Source: Azolla caroliniana (Eukaryota > Plantae > Polypodiophyta). Taken from it: a stretch of 64,000 nt of DNA. Position 1 is the first letter of the stretch. Each line of letters begins with the position of its first letter. The DNA lies in assembly GCA_043228905.1 (NCBI GenBank), contig JBHGNT010000004.1, positions 5,270,001 to 5,334,000 of the forward strand. Reading direction: 5' to 3'. The translations under genes and the position numbers were made by a program. Below, one piece after another: positions 14,270-30,160 of the stretch. The notes under the pieces are model-generated. The model had not been told where the DNA came from, ran no database searches, and saw only the letters and a program-made list of their open reading frames with translations.

Positions 14270-14630
14270 TCTGTATGCATGCATCATGCATGCATGTATG
14301 TGTGTATGTTAGTATATACGCATGTATGTATGTATCCATACATGTATGCGTGCGTGCGTGTATAGTATCTGTGTGTATGTCGGAAATACGGATGTACGCA
14401 TATATTGTACGTATGTATGAAATGCACATGTAGACATATACGTATGTATGCATGTAGTCATGTATGTGCGTATACATATGGATATTTTGAAATGCACTTG
14501 TGGTTCGTTATGTGTATGCACGTATGAAATGCACATTTGTGTGTATGTATATGTATACATATGTATGAAATGTGCACATGTGTGTGTGTATATGTATATG
14601 TATATGTATGCAATGCGCATGTGTGTTTAT
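14270..14630. repeat. Compound TG/TA/ATGC low-complexity tract
   Basis: Alternating purine-pyrimidine simple repeats. Confidence 0.8.
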
Positions 14631-17600
14631 GTGCTTGACAAACCACACAACACACCTCCCTTATTGCTTTGTTTGGCCTTTTTGCTCCCTCACTTGTTCT
14701 CCTCCTCTTCCTTCTTTGTTTCTCTTGTTGTTGCTTCGATTGGGGGTACTCGCTCTCTGCCATTAATGTCCCTCCTCATTTCCTTTTCACACTTTCCGTG
14801 GACCCCACTTGCATGCACATCGATATCTCATAACCCCTAAAGCGAAAGCAAACTTTCACTTCGGCTTTCTCCATCTCCAACCTTCTCTTAGCTTAGAGCC
14901 TTTTTGCACTATGACCATGTCAATTTCTCAAAGTTCATGAGCACTTTTAGGTGGCAACAAGTAGAAAGTCTATACATCTATATCTCTCTCAATCAAGCGG
15001 AACAAGGATACCAAGAATATCAATAACAATACTCACATAAAACCCCAACACATTAGGATGCGTACATGGAAATCACATGACACATGCAACTACTACATCT
15101 TGATCTCATCCCCATACACAACATTTGGCCACATTAGTAGTAGGAAAAATGAAAACAATATTATTCCTTTCTCTCTATCTTGGGGCAAGGGCATCCCTAG
15201 CAGATGATCTGTTGTCATGGACCATGTAAGCAACATCACATTATGATTTGATTGGTTGCTTGTATAGAAAGAGGAAATAAAAGATCAAAAAGATAATTGG
15301 TGTTTGTGAAAGGCTAGGGTGTTAGAAGGCAATCTTCTACCCAAGAAAAGAGAAAAGGAATGGTCTTGCAACAACATAGTTTGAGTTTCTCTCTTAATTC
15401 TATATTTGAGATGCACATTTTCTTTTGGGGCTAGTTTTGGTAATTTCGTATATCCCCTTAATGCCAATGTCTCGTTCACATTGAAATGCTACCCCTTCTC
15501 CCATTTGGATGGTTGCTTTTTTGGCATGACTCAAGGCCAAATCTCATAGCATCTGCCATCACCTTTCTCCTTTTGATAACAAAATATAGTCACCATCAAA
15601 AACCAAGAAAATGTCAGTAAAAATAGTCTTGTCTTTAACAACTTGTAATGATGGTCTGAATTGGTAGTAAATGATTCATTTTTTATTGTCACTTCCAAAG
15701 AGAAAAATATTGTCACATAAAGGAGTTGTAATCCATTTGCCTTGTTATTTACTTGCATTGACGTCCACAAAAAACTCGACAGCCACTTACAATAAAAAGG
15801 ATTGGTAGTTTCTATAATCTTGATTTTCTATATGCTAACAAATATTGTGCATTTTATTCACCTTCTAGGACCATTTTAAGGTATTCAATGATTTTGCAAC
15901 TAAGTTCATAAGCAAATATATCCTTTTTTCATACCTCTTATTCTAACAATTACTCATTTAATAGAAATGTTAGATTTGTGAGGGGAAGGCCATCGTGAGT
16001 TTTGTTGAATTTGTTGTTGGTTTTTGGAGTTGTTGGATATATAGATCTCTCTAAGATTAGGCCTTGTGAATCTTAATGGCTGAACTTTGATGTATTTTGT
16101 TTGCTAACTTATGCGACGTAGTGTTTTTTTGGGAAAAATAAATAAATAGAAATGTTAAAATGATATCCTCAATGAAATTAGTTGCTCTTTGTTCCAAACA
16201 ATTGACTAAGTTATGAATTAGTACAATCTTAACATCCTACACCACTCACACATATGTGACTATGTCTAGATGGTTAAGTCGCAAGGAAACCTTTTAATAT
16301 GTTGGTACAATATTGTCCATGCCAATTGGTATTGTACTTAACACCTCGTGATACCAAAATTCAATACTCAATGCATGAGGCGCAACATTGATAGATTTCA
16401 TATTGAATTATGCTCTACATTAACTCTCTTTTTTGGATTTGAGCTAAGTCTCCATGTTTGTGTGTGGGTGTATAAGATTTGTTAGAAAATGTGTATGGGT
16501 CTCCTTTAAATTTAAATACAAAACCAAAGGATGTGAGTCGCAACGTGAAGAAATCAAGTGTGCTTGTATTTTCGCAATAGTTACTTTGTGTAGCACCATT
16601 AAATGTTGATGTAAGTCTTACAAGTCAAAACATTGGTCTTCTTCATGCCTTGTTGGGGATTTTGGGAAAAGTTTCTTCCTATCACAAAGTGTCTAGAGTT
16701 ATTATGTTTGACATCATCTAAAATTGTCTTGTCACACATGTATGGCCTCTTCTGCAAAAGCACTAAATTTTTGCACGTTCCCAATAAAGTTTCCCATTTG
16801 GTTTGTATTAACATCCTACCTAGAGTCTATCTTCTTCAATCATTACACCATTCATAAAGTCCCCATCCCCAAGTGGAGGTGTTCCAACTTCGAAGTCCCA
16901 ATTTCTCTAGCAAGCATGATGGGGCCAGCTCACAACCGTAACATTGTCGCATTTGCATATTGTATTGTAATTTGTTATATAATATGTCCTATGATTTCAT
17001 TATCCAGTTATTAACAGTTACTTATCCCTTTGGAAAGGTTATTAAGAAAGACATGCCCCGAGCAAAATCGTAAATGTAAAATTTGATTACTAATTACATT
17101 AATGTTCATTATTGTAATTAGTTTATCTTGAAGTGTGTAAACCCTTGGACTAGAGTGTGATGAGGATTTCTGAAGTTTTGGCATTCACCTTCATAGAAGT
17201 TGTATCTTGTTTCCAACACATTTCTTTGTTCAGTGATTCTAATTGAATGTTGACTACAATCTCGATTGCATGTTAATGTGGATTTATGACATTATCAATA
17301 TACGTATTTTAGTAAGCTCTCCTCTCATAGTTTAGCATCTTCTAAGTATCCCACTGTTCTTAAGTGCTCCACCTTTGATCATATTTGAGTTTGCTTTCCC
17401 CAAATTGTCAATCTAGACTTACCCTATAAACATTTTGTGGAGTCACAATATACAGTCTTAATTGTAATGTTCATTGATAAAATTCTTGAACATTGATAGT
17501 TGGCAATCAACTCCAAGCATTTTACTTGATAATGTTTCATTTTTGCTCCAAGGGTCATATTGGAAATTTGAGGATGTTAATGACTCCATATATCTATTTA

Positions 17601-20600
17601 AGCTAGAATACCATAATTGATTAAATTGATTTTGATATTGATTATTTATTAAGAGTATACCCTCCCTATATAATGTTTATTATGCCGAACTTGTTTGTGT
17701 CCACGGCAAACAAACAAAGTTGTTATTTTTTGTATTCATGTTCATAAACCCTTTGGTGTGTAAGCAAAATGAGCACATTGCACCCCTTTTGATAGGAGGT
17801 GCACCCCTTGTTAGGAAACTACCAAGAGACAAACTTGATATAAGGAGCAATAGAAGGCGGTGATATCAATGTTTAGTTGTGTTTAGAAGCTTGTTGAAGA
17901 ATATATAGGTTTTGTCATGTGAAAAACAATTGGCCTATATGAAAGGGACATGTAAATAGTAGAGTATCTATAGATACTTAGAGTGTACATGGCTTGATTT
18001 GTATATGTGATTCACCTAACTAATGGGAAGTAGTTTTTTCTCGGAAAAAAAAATAGCAAGGGGGAAAAAAACATTGAAATGGAAAAAAGCAAAGAGGGGC
18101 ATCATGGATTGGAAGAGGAGAGAGATTGGAGGGATCAAAGGAAAGAAGTGAAATGAACATGGTGAAAATTTTCGGACTAGGAGCCGGAAGAAACAATTAA
18201 GCTTGCAAATAACATTTGTTGGTCATGAAACCAACAATTGAGCTACATAGTTCATTATGATGAGATAATACACAAACAATTCCAAGGACACGTAACATGT
18301 TGGTGTGCGTTGGCGGACATGCATGGTATAATCTTCCTAACACCAATTTCTTGACAATGCCTTTGATATCTACCACATTTACGTTTGAATATAGATTAGT
18401 GTGCTACAATGACAATCAAGTTAGACCATGCATGGTGTTTATAGGATGTCGGATATTACCTAACAAAAGGCTAATTGTTGGAAATAGAGGGGACATCCAA
18501 CACAATGATTAAGCCTTGCACAAAAGTCCAACTTGTTGGAAATAGAGAAACCACTCTTCTTGATGTCATAAATGACATAAATAAAATAAGAATGTGTATG
18601 TGTCCATCGCTAAAACAAAGTGTATCTGCACACAACTTTTGAAAGAAGTTGGCAAACATTGAAGTTTTTAATGATAATATTGGTTTGTTGCATCATTGAT
18701 TCATTCTTCTTTTTGTTCGATAATCTCATTGAAGCTCTTTATATTAGCCATCATGCTCCACTTCACCATCTCCCCTTTCACATAGCTTTGAGTAAATACA
18801 ATGATGACTTTGTATGATCTATGAGGAAAATATTCCATGTCATGTTATTCAATTAATCATGGAATTGATCTCGCCTTTTGGTTTTATATGTGAATCATAG
18901 TATCTTCAACTTTTGGTATCTTGAAGAAAATTATTTTCCTTTATTTCACACTCTTGGTGTTACATTATAATCATATGGCCAAGATGTGTATAAAGGTATT
19001 TTTGTCCAAGATGCTTAATCCTGTCTTTATCTTGTTTAAATATCATAATTAAGCTATATCTGTGATTATAAACTTTGTTCATTGTTTCTTCATCCCCTTT
19101 AAATCCTTCTTATCAATGAGAATGCCAAGTGCTCAATATTTAATAATTTACCCCTCCTAGTTATTAACGCCTTATATTGACGGCATAACCGTGAACGTTG
19201 ATAAGCCTTGTTATATTTTTTAATGTTGCAACGTTTCATCATTGATCAATGGGATTATCCCTAGCCAATAATGGTATGCCATCCACTTTATACACATGGC
19301 ATTATAGATAGTAGGAACATGCGAGGAAAATAGTTTGATGAACATCCAATAAGTTTCCTTCATAGAGTAATAAAATATTTATTTCCAAAAAAGAGTGATG
19401 ACTCCTAAGTCCCCCATACTTTTAGGATTTGAATGACAAGAATTATTACATGATTATCATTGCACAATTTAGGCCTACAAGTGTATAAAACTCTTATTCA
19501 AAAGTATATATTATTCGACATTTTATTGAAAAGTTGATGTGAAGTGGTGAATCAACTATGTCCATTTTCTCTATGTGGTTATGTTTGAGGATGTTTTATG
19601 AGGTCTCTCTTCATAAAGCATCAGTTAGCACTAGGTGCTAGTATAATTCTTGTGTCTAGATTTGATTACAAATAATAAAGGAACACTTTTAAATGTAAGA
19701 AACAACTTGACATAGCCATTGGAGAAACCAACAATAGAGAAGCAATCCGTTCCAACATGAAACCCTTTTCCCAACATGGTCTATTTAATCAATACAACAC
19801 GCTCAAAGTTTACTTTTTAACATTGCTCTCAGCAGCACTCTATTGTTGTGAGAAGACGCGTTTGAAAAGTGACATTTTTTTTTCTGATTAATAGAGCCTT
19901 TTGATATTGACTACTTGTCTAGAGCAAATTTGATCGGAAAACAAAAGTTAAACAATTTCTGACATGGTAAGGGTGGTGATATTCCTCAATAAATCATATT
20001 TATAAGGAAACACTGATTACTTCCAACTTTATATATGAAATGAGCATGTTAGGCGAATGGGAGTTCATGCACTTCAATTTTCCAAACGTAGTAAGAATAT
20101 GCAAGGAGTCGCATGAAAAATTATACATGCTACATATGTATTAAAAGACATAAGATCATACATATGTAAATCACTATGGTTGGAGGAGAGCCTAGTGAGG
20201 GCAACATAAAGGTTATGTTTGTCGTATATTGATTGCAAAACAAAGGAAAAAACATGCTTGCTAGAAATAAGGCAACCATCATGAGACTATGGACGTATTT
20301 TTAGGAGATTGTAAAAAAATAGCCATATTTTTCAGAAACATTTTGTAGGAAATTTATGTTGTTTTGTATTAATGCAAGTTCACTTGATTTGTTTATGTAG
20401 AGAATGGGAAGTTTAATGATAGAAGCTTTGAATCTCCAAAATCCTTAAAACTTTACCGACAATGATTCCGTGCACAAGAGGTAACGAAAAACTAAGCCAA
20501 ACATTGATATTTTCTTCTCTTTGTACTCTTTCAAGTACACCTAACAACTCTATATTGAGAACCATAAATCCGTTTGGTAATGACAATATTAACATAGATG

Positions 20601-21001
20601 CAAAAATTAACAAATGGACAATTCATCGATCTAGGAACTTGACACAAATCTCAAAGATAAGGCACTATATTGTGCAACCTTGGCCTCGATATACATGCAA
20701 CTATCAACCTATAAGAAAGTGAAGTAAGGCATCTCGTGATTCTAGAAAGGAGCTAGATTGAGTAGATGTAATAGATAGAGGTCATCATTTGGATATAGCG
20801 GGGAGATGGTTCACTCTAGGACCCTAAGAATCCTCATTCCAAATACACCTCAATTGGAGATGGGACAAGACTCAAGACAAGAGGTTTTGTCATATATACA
20901 CCGAGAGCCTAAGAAGCAAAATAAAAAGTAAGGAATGGAAACGATATAAAAGATACCCCATTAAACATAACATCGATATATCAATTCAAACCCCCCACCC
21001 C

Positions 21002-21120
<119 letters not shown>

Positions 21121-23166
21121 GATAATGTAATAATGTAGTTTAACGATAATCCACAATGATTTTAATGAATTCTCTCCCCAATTCACCTTTAACTCGTGAG
21201 ACGATAATCATTCCTCTCTCTATCTCTCCCTCCCTCATCCTGGAATCAAGAATGTGTGATATAATAGATGGGAAAAATGATTAGAGAGGGGGTGAAGCAC
21301 ATAATAGTGAAAAAGGGAGGGACAATTTGAACTAATCATGAAAGATTATCATTTAACTACAAAACTTGCATTACCTTTCTTTGCAAGGGTAAAATTGATG
21401 TTTTTAATATATTACCTTGGTAGATTGATGCAATCCTTTAAAGGAGGGTTATTCTTTATATTCCCCCTAAAAGTAACGACAAGTTGTAGGCACTTTCTGT
21501 TGTATTACGACAATGAGTAACTATAGTAAACTGCTTTGAAAAAGGAGAAACCAAAGTCTAATGAAGTGATATCGAGGGTATTTGAGTTTAACAAGAGTTC
21601 TTTCCAAAGGAAAATCAAGACATTAGATATAAGGTGACAACAACTTGATGTCCACTTGGCCTCTGAAAAATTGAAAAACATGCTCCAAGTAGTCAGTAGT
21701 CAAATGATTATGTTGTATCTCATAAGTTTCTTAAAGAATAATTAAACCTTGAATTATGTCAAAATACACACAATAATGTCTCAATGTACTTCATCATGAA
21801 ACAAATGTAGCATAATTATTGAATATCGGAGCATTGTTAATAAAAAACACACAAAAATCATGTTAAAAACACAAAAATCAAACAACCTAGCGATTGCTAA
21901 TAATAAACTCGATGAATCTCATGCGTGGATAATAAAATGATATTTGTATTTCTCAAAATATATACAATAATTTGAGAATATCGAGGACAAATAAACCCAA
22001 CTTCGAGAATCATAAATCATCCTTATTCCCAAAATGTGTAAAAAGCAAAGGCATCTCCTCAAAGGTTTGATTTAGACATTTTGGAGGGGGTAAGATGACC
22101 TATATATGTTAAGGGTCTAACAACAAACAAATAAATAAAGGTCAATAGTCATAATAATATTTCTTTGGCTTGGGAAAAACAAAACTCAAGCTCAATTATT
22201 AAAAAATCTTTCTTTTTGAGCATGGTTCCTTAGGGTATGTCAGCCCTAGCCAGGCTTTTGTTGTCACAAATTGCACATTAAAAAATGTGACAGTCTTGAC
22301 CTTTGGCACCTATAACCAACTATATAACAATTCTTAGAATATAATAAATCATTATTAGAAGTTTGTCAAAAATATAGGAGGGTTATGGAACTTCATGGGA
22401 AGCTATGGGAGATAGTAGAAGGTTCAAGTAAGTCATGGGATAAGTAATGAACTTGTATGAAATTGGACGTGTGATGGGATTATGCTCGGAAGTATCAATG
22501 CCCATTGTCAATAAAATACATTTCATTTGTTTGAATACATTTCCTTTTTGGTAATCTTGTTTTCCTAGATCGTCAACTAGGCCCCCTCCCCTCTATGCTT
22601 TGCCAAGGCTAACTACTATGTTGCTACATGTTTGTTACATAAGTCATAAAGCGCACATTTTATGAAACCTAATAGAACATTATGGATTTTGCCAATCTTT
22701 GAAGAGGTGAGAAACTAAGGTGCAATTTGGAAATCGTGGCAAGGGATGGAAGGCAAATGAGGAGACAACAAGAGAGGGCAAGAGAAGTAGATAAGGAAAT
22801 GAGGCATGAATGTTGTGTCACTTCCATTTGTAGCCATGATGCCATGTATCAAAGTAGGGTAAATCCACGAGAATATATTAGTGAAATAGAGGCTTGCTCA
22901 TTCTTAATTAATACAAGAACCATTCTATAATACTGTATTTGGTGTACACAAAAGTACTTGGGCTAAAAGTAACCACTTTTGATATACCATGCATAGTTTC
23001 TCTTAATTGTTGATCAAATGACATATGACCAATTGTTGAACTATTCTATATACACACATACCAACTTAGGATGAACCTTCTCCTAGGAACAAGTAGGAAC
23101 AAGCAAAATGTTGCCTTTTAGGTTAAAGGTAAAACTTGATCCACCTAGGAAAAGCTGATCAATGAC

Positions 23167-23345
23167 GTTGAATAAGAGTATTGATTTGTGGGGTTTGAGA
23201 CTAAATAGCTCCTTGTGAGAAAGAGTTTGGAAGTTGGGGTAGGTCTCTCACTTGGTTGAATAAGAGTATTGATTTGTGGGAGGTTGAGACTAAATACCTC
23301 CTTGTGAGAAAGAGTTTGGAAGTTGGGGTAGGTCTCTCACTTGGT
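23167..23345. repeat. Tandem duplication, ~90-bp unit x2
   Basis: ttgaataagagtattgatttgtggg...ggtaggtctctcacttggtt occurs twice. Confidence 0.85.
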
Positions 23346-24399
23346 TTTTTTGTAACACAATTTGCCAACTTGAGGGCCAAGTCAAAAGCCACATCACTCC
23401 CTCCTATCCTTTCCCAAGAAAGAGCTACTTTCACAACCTCTTACAACAATTTTTTTTTTTTTCCATAAAAATATGCTCCATTGGTATTAATAAGAAGCCA
23501 AAGGCAATATACAAATAGTACATAATACTGTTTCCTCTGCACAAATACATATTATCAAAAAACTACATTGTTGCCAATAACACCTTTGCTAGCAGAGCAC
23601 ATATAAACCTTGAGAAAATTCCATTGCTACGTCGAGCTATAAGACCACATATAAACCTTGAGAAGGCCTCCACTTTAGCACGAATAAGCCTCTTTTGTTT
23701 TATAATCTTACCTTTAAAATCTTCTAATACTCACTTAACAATCTTAAAACTTGGTAGTGGCAATGGCATCCTCTCGTCTAACAACTAGGGAGGTTTCGGC
23801 GGGGTCCGAACATGGAACTATTTAGAGAAAGTCTTTGGCATCATGGAGATGGTTTATGGTTTATGGTTTAGTGGATTTGTGTTTTTGTAAAATGGAGAAA
23901 CCTTTGCATGAGATTAGATAGGATTTCCATCTTAACCTTTTTCAAATTCATGAAGTCCTAAACTTCATCTATGTTCCCTTTATTATGTTTAATCCTTAGG
24001 GAGAATCACACTAGTTGATGATCATGGTTGATAATTGGATCAACTTGGAGGTTTTGCGATAGGGCATGGAGAGGATGAGTTGGAATATCACTAGGTTCAT
24101 TTGTTTCCACAATATATTACAGGGGTTTGGTTGTTTATGATTGAACTTGGCATAAGCTTGTGTCATGATGACATAAAGTGAGACACTATCTCTTACCATT
24201 AAATCGATGGAGTTTGTTAGTAGTTGATTGAAGTGATAGAATCAGAAAGGGCACGAATGTCCCTCGATACCTTTTTTAATTTTGTACATATATAAAAGCA
24301 TGGATAATCATGTTGCTTGCAATTGGATATTTATGATTAGTAGATTCATGTTATCTTTGTCTTGAGTATAATTATGCAATTTAATTAACTAGTAATGCT

Positions 24400-25900
24400 T
24401 TCTAATGATTAAGTATTCGATGAAAATAATGAAATTTGAAGTTCTTCAAGAATGTTTTCATGTTGAACGAGGACATCCATGGTGATGGTCCCAATGAAGT
24501 TGGCTGATGGGCATTTTTTAATAGGTGGGGTCCACAGGATATGCACTGGTTATTGAAGTGCCCAAACTGGTTGCAATGGATGCATAACAACTGTGGGGTT
24601 CGTGTGATAGGAGTTGGGCCATTGGTGGCATGTAAGGGACAAGGTTTTAATTGGGTTGTATTGGTAGACATCTTGGGGTGGTTTTGGTTTTCCATAGTGG
24701 TTGGATTGACCCTTCAAGTTGATCTTGGCGGGTATTGATAGTCATGAGTTGTTTGATGTTCATGATGACCACGACGGTCTTGCCATTTTATGCGAACGCA
24801 AAGTTTGCATTCATTGTGGTGATACTCTTCTTTTGGGAAGATTTACTCACTTTCTAAAGAGCTATTGGAGTAGCAGTTATGGTCATAAATGTTATGATGG
24901 CTACGACGTTTTGTAGTAGTGGATGCTACTTGGTAGAGGTGTGGTAGGCCATTGTTGCCTGATGAGAGGTATTGTGTGAAGTGGGTTCCATAGGAATTTT
25001 TTGTGTGAATGTAGGTATGTGATGTGGCTAGGGGTCCTAGTTGACATGCTGTAATCTTTCCTTGTTATATTTGTTGTGGGGGATTCAAGTGCTTGTTGGA
25101 ATTACAAATTGTGCAATAGGGCAATTCATTGACAAATGGAAAACACCTTATATTGGTGCATCGAACGATCTCATGGAATTATAGGTCCAAGAAGTTGCCA
25201 AATTTTGTGCCATGCCCTTCACGGTGAAGGGATGGGGTTGTTGATTGTGATTAATGTCAAGGATTCACTCCATTATGGCATTAAGGGGCGTTGTTGGTGA
25301 AGTTCCAGTTGGCATGGTGTACTCTGGCCCTTGTGTGGGCCAACATATTATATTTGCAGTGGGGGGTTTGGGTGCTTGTTGGAGTTACAAATTGTGCAAT
25401 AGGGCAACCTATTGCCTAATGGAAAACGCCTTGCATATGGTGCATTGACCTATCTCATGGAATTGTAAGTCAAAGAAGCTGCCAAACTTTGTGCCATGCC
25501 CTTCATGGTGAAGGGATTGGGTTTTTGATTATGACCACACCATGGATTCATTATGTCATTACAGGGTTTTGTTGGTGAAATTCATCAAGCCCATGTGAGT
25601 GCAAAGGGGTTTTCTCGTTGATGACTTTAGAATGGCCTTTAAATCAAGTTCCCTTGGTTGTTTTGGAAGGTGGTGGAGTAGTTACTTGAAGTAGAGGAGG
25701 AACCATGGAGGGATTTGTAAGGAAGTTGGCATACAATGTAAATGCGGACAAAGGGCACATATTGTTCATTGAAGTGGAAGAAACAATTGGGAGGAGTTGA
25801 TTATACTAGCTTGCGTCTTGGTTGTTCAAGGAGAATTTAAACTTTGTTCTCTTTTAGAGGTTGGTGTTCGCCTGGTTGAGGTGTTGTGGAAGATGGCTAG
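24400..25900 (-). pseudogene. Decayed retrotransposon gag-like remnant with an internal duplication
   Basis: Zinc knuckle CIHCNQFGHFNNQC in the 24402-24695 ORF; the segment ~25080-25260 is repeated at ~25365-25540. Confidence 0.5.
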
Positions 25901-26244
25901 CGTTCCATATAGAAAAGATCTGTGTCGATAAGATGAGAGGTGCATTTCTCTTGAACAATAAAAAAACGAACAATATCTAGAAAAAGTTGGTTATAGCTAT
26001 TATGCTTAACCTCATTATTTTCTAATGTTTTTGTAGTACAAGAATTTGTGGGAGAAAAAAGGAAAGATAGTTTTAGATACTAGGCTTCAACCAATTTACA
26101 ATTTAAGGCTACGATTATGAAAATTCGTGTTTATTCGTGCTAGTTTGTTTCAAGTTTTACAAAAAAATATTGGTATCTCGTGAAATAACTCTTTTTGTGT
26201 CAACATCTTGAGGTTTTTTTGTTGGAGGCTTTTTTGTATTATAT

Positions 26245-26789
<545 letters not shown>

Positions 26790-26819
26790 ATTTGAACCGC
26801 TAATCCTCTTTCCCTAGCC

Positions 26820-27026
26820 GCTTCCTAAGCCCTATATAGTTATGAGTCATGATCATTGTTATCTAACAAGATTTTATATCTGTTTTCTCTAAATTAGAAA
26901 ACCTTAAAACCAAGTTTGGCTACTTCCTACGCCCTATATAGTTATGACCATTTATAGCTAACAAGATTTTATGTCTGTTGTCTCTAAATTGGAAAACCTT
27001 AAAACCAAGTTTGGCTACTTCCTAAG
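26820..27026. repeat. Tandem duplication, ~100-bp unit x2
   Basis: cttccta.gccctatatagttatga...aaaccttaaaaccaagtttggcta repeated. Confidence 0.8.
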
Positions 27027-27113
27027 GCACAACAACATGATGATTTCACACGATGGGCACAACAATTAGAGATGACATTGGTGCTTTTGCAACAACATTT
27101 GATAGGAGATTAA

Positions 27114-27291
27114 TGTCATGATTACACACATTTTGGCTTACACGGATTCAAACCCACAACACCTTGATATATATGTCAAACCTTAAACCATTATGACAAC
27201 ATATACAAAGATATATGATATATAGTTATAATAATTATATTATTAATTATTATAAGATATTTAGAGTATTCTAGAACATTCTAGAATATTT
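27114..27291 (+). mobile_element. U3 fragment of a D-family chromovirus LTR, interrupted by Copia H
   Basis: Starts TGTCATGA; aligns by eye with the D LTR at 40800 (ttttggc...ggattc.a.ccc...aagatatttagagtattctagaacattctag). Confidence 0.7.
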
Positions 27292-27853
27292 TGTTGGCAT
27301 AAAAGGACGACTCCTTCCACTTTATATCTTTAAGTGTGAACACGTTCCCAAGTTAGGGCTTGAGTATATAAGCCCAACTGTAACATTGTAAGAGTGAGAG
27401 AGTTTTTCAGAAGAGAAATAAGAGTTTCCATTAGAGCTAAACTATACTTCTTGCTTCTTGTTCATCGTGGTCGTTGATTGTTGGGACGTTGCACTGAAAC
27501 TTGAGAATCTCCCCCTCAAACTTCACTCGCGAACAAATCTTCTCTAGTTATTCTTTTCTTCTTTATGTTCATCTTCTTCTCCACAACATACTTGATGTTT
27601 TAGGGTTTTATTTACATCTTGTTCATGAAATTTAGGGTTCTTAGTTTATGTTTTATTTCTAAAACATTGATCATTGTTGCGGTGTGCCTAAGTTGTCCTA
27701 ACTAGGACACAATCCCAATCTGATTTGGGACTATCAATCTTCATTTTCAACATTTGGTATCAGAGCGACCTTGATGTCCGGCAACAACGAACAATAGAAA
27801 GCTAAAGAAAAGAAGTCGACCAACTGAAAGAAAAAGATAGAGCCAACATCTAC
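27292..27853 (+). mobile_element. Copia H: 5' LTR (27292-27752), tRNA-iMet PBS (27755-27766) and start of the internal region, interrupted by A
   Basis: TGTTG...CAACA, then TGGTATCAGAGC; the LTR start TGTTGGCATAAAAGGACGACTCCTTCC matches that of Copia I. Confidence 0.75.
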
Positions 27854-30160
27854 TGTCATAGACATATGCCACACAGAAAGGTATGGATTGAACCCAAGAT
27901 CTCATGGTCTCTATTGGGCAACCCTACCAATTGAGCTACATATACATCCTCCATCGCTCACTCTGAAAAATCAAACCTAAAGGAAGGGTGATCGAGGGGT
28001 TTAAGGTGTAGCACCGGAAATGCTAAGTAGACTGCTGTTTATCGAGTTTAATAAACTATTTTATTTGTCAAATTAAAAACAAATTAACGCAAGGATGGAA
28101 TCCATGGCTAGTAAGAATAAACAAGTTATTCAGGCTCCGGTGACTGAGTCCCAAGCTTGGTCGTAGCAGAACTTGCTACAGAATGGGATCCATAATGGCT
28201 GAATCCGCTCAATTTCGTCTCTGGATATATCTTCGTTAGGGAGTGAATCCCTCACTAAGCAAACCCTCCATCTGCCCGAAACCAGAGGATGCTTTTGCCG
28301 TGAATTTTCATAATATTTTTTAATACCTATACACAAGAGTATTCTACATATTCTTCAGAATCCAAGAGCCGACGGTTGTAGGATCGTGACAAACCATTAC
28401 CTTTCTTCCTGTTTGTTCCATGGGACGAACCTTCTTTGGACACCAAACCTTCTGGAACTAAATCTAACTTCATGTAGTGTAGATTGAACATTGGAAGTTC
28501 CTAGCTTGCATGCATCCTCATTTCTAGCTTGCACACATTGTCATGCATTCTCTATTGCATACTCTATTTCTAGGTGGCTTACATAGCCGTACCTTGATTC
28601 TAATCAAGGTGAACAACACTAGTTACAGAATCTGATTCTATAAGTTGAGTTCTTGTTCTTTTCCTCCCTCTTGTTTTCTAGTCTTATCTTCGCTCTGCTC
28701 TATTATACTTGTCCGTGACAATTTGTTCACCTTCCCCTCTTCTTGCTACCATGTCTGGCTCCGTCAACAACCTAAACCAAGTCATGGCAACCTTGCAACA
28801 ACTTCAGCTAGAGAATGAAATCCTTCGGGAATCATTAGGAGAGTTGCAATCCGGAACTTCAAGAAATCCACCACCCGACGAGTCACAACCACCGTTGGCA
28901 CCTAGCTCGACCACGTCCTGTTCCCATCCATATGTCCTTGAACCCTACCAGACAAATTCAACGACACAAGGGCGTATCTTTGCGTCTTCATCAACCAAGT
29001 TCGGCTTATCATCCGGTTACAACCCCAACGGTATGCTAGTGACTTTTCTCGGATTGGGCTTGTTGGAATGCTTCTCTCCGGGCCGGCACAAGCGTGGTTT
29101 GTAACCTTGATCGAGACCTCATCCCCTCTCTTAAAAAACTTCACCACTTTCATTAAGGAGCTCGAAGCGACATTTGGCGAGACAGACTGGCGACGAACGA
29201 CCCTCACAAAGCTTTATTCTTTCCAACAAGGCTCATTCCAGCCTCGGTCTATGCCTCAGAGTTCTGTCAGATTTTTTGCGATGTCAGTTGGGAGGACCAA
29301 GCCCTATGTGACCATTTCCGTCGCGGTCTCCAAAACGACGTCACGACTCTTCTCTTAAACTTCCCGAAGCCCACATCATTGTCTCAAGTTATCTCCCAAG
29401 CTGTCCAATGTGAGAATCGTCTCTTCGAACTTCGTCAAGAAGAACGGGGGACTCGTGGGCCTCAAGCTTCTTCCCGAAACGCATCAATCGACAGGCCCTA
29501 CTTGTCTCCCACGCCAACCTTACCATCACCCAATGATACCCATGCCATGATGGAGGTCAATTTCCATACCCCGATGGAGATCGACCATGCTCGGTTCCAA
29601 CCACTAACTGAAGCCCAACGCCAACATCGTCGGGACAATGGACTCTGTCTCTATTGTGGCTGTTAGAAGTTATAATTAACTAATTAGATGTCAGTAAGCA
29701 ACTACTTAGTTAATTACTAAATATAACCCCACACCCCAAGTTATTATTAGTAAAAGGAAACAGTTTCACATTAGTTGTATTTCAGTTTTCTTATTAGGTT
29801 TATTTCAATTTTTGTATTTCAAAAGCTTACCTCATTTTTTTCCCCTCCACTTCCTCTGCTATACAAAGAGGAAGCTGGGGAACCTGTTTGGTGTGCTCTG
29901 CATCCTTGCATCCTTTAGCCATCTTTCTCAGTTGTATTACCAACTTGTTTTTGTTAATCAAATTTCTGATTTGCATTCCAAGTTGTTCCATGATTCCTGT
30001 TTGCCATAACCTTGTACCCCGTGTTAAAATCCTAACATGGTATCAGAGCGTCAGTAGTACGATACCTAGAAATATATCACCCACTCCATACTCTATTTTT
30101 GTTGTTCAAATATATATATAAATATATATATACATAGCAAAAGACAACCACCTCAGCATT

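Noticed and set aside
14013-14840. Several 100-150 aa ORFs
   Set aside because: Artefacts of low-complexity dinucleotide repeats.
15040-20750. Possible decayed pol/transposase fragments
   Set aside because: Only scattered motif-like peptides with many stops; family and boundaries cannot be assigned without a homology search.
28007-28391. Solo LTR inserted in the A LTR (TGTAG...GTGACA)
   Set aside because: The flanks (TAAGG vs AACCA) give no TSD, so the boundaries cannot be supported.
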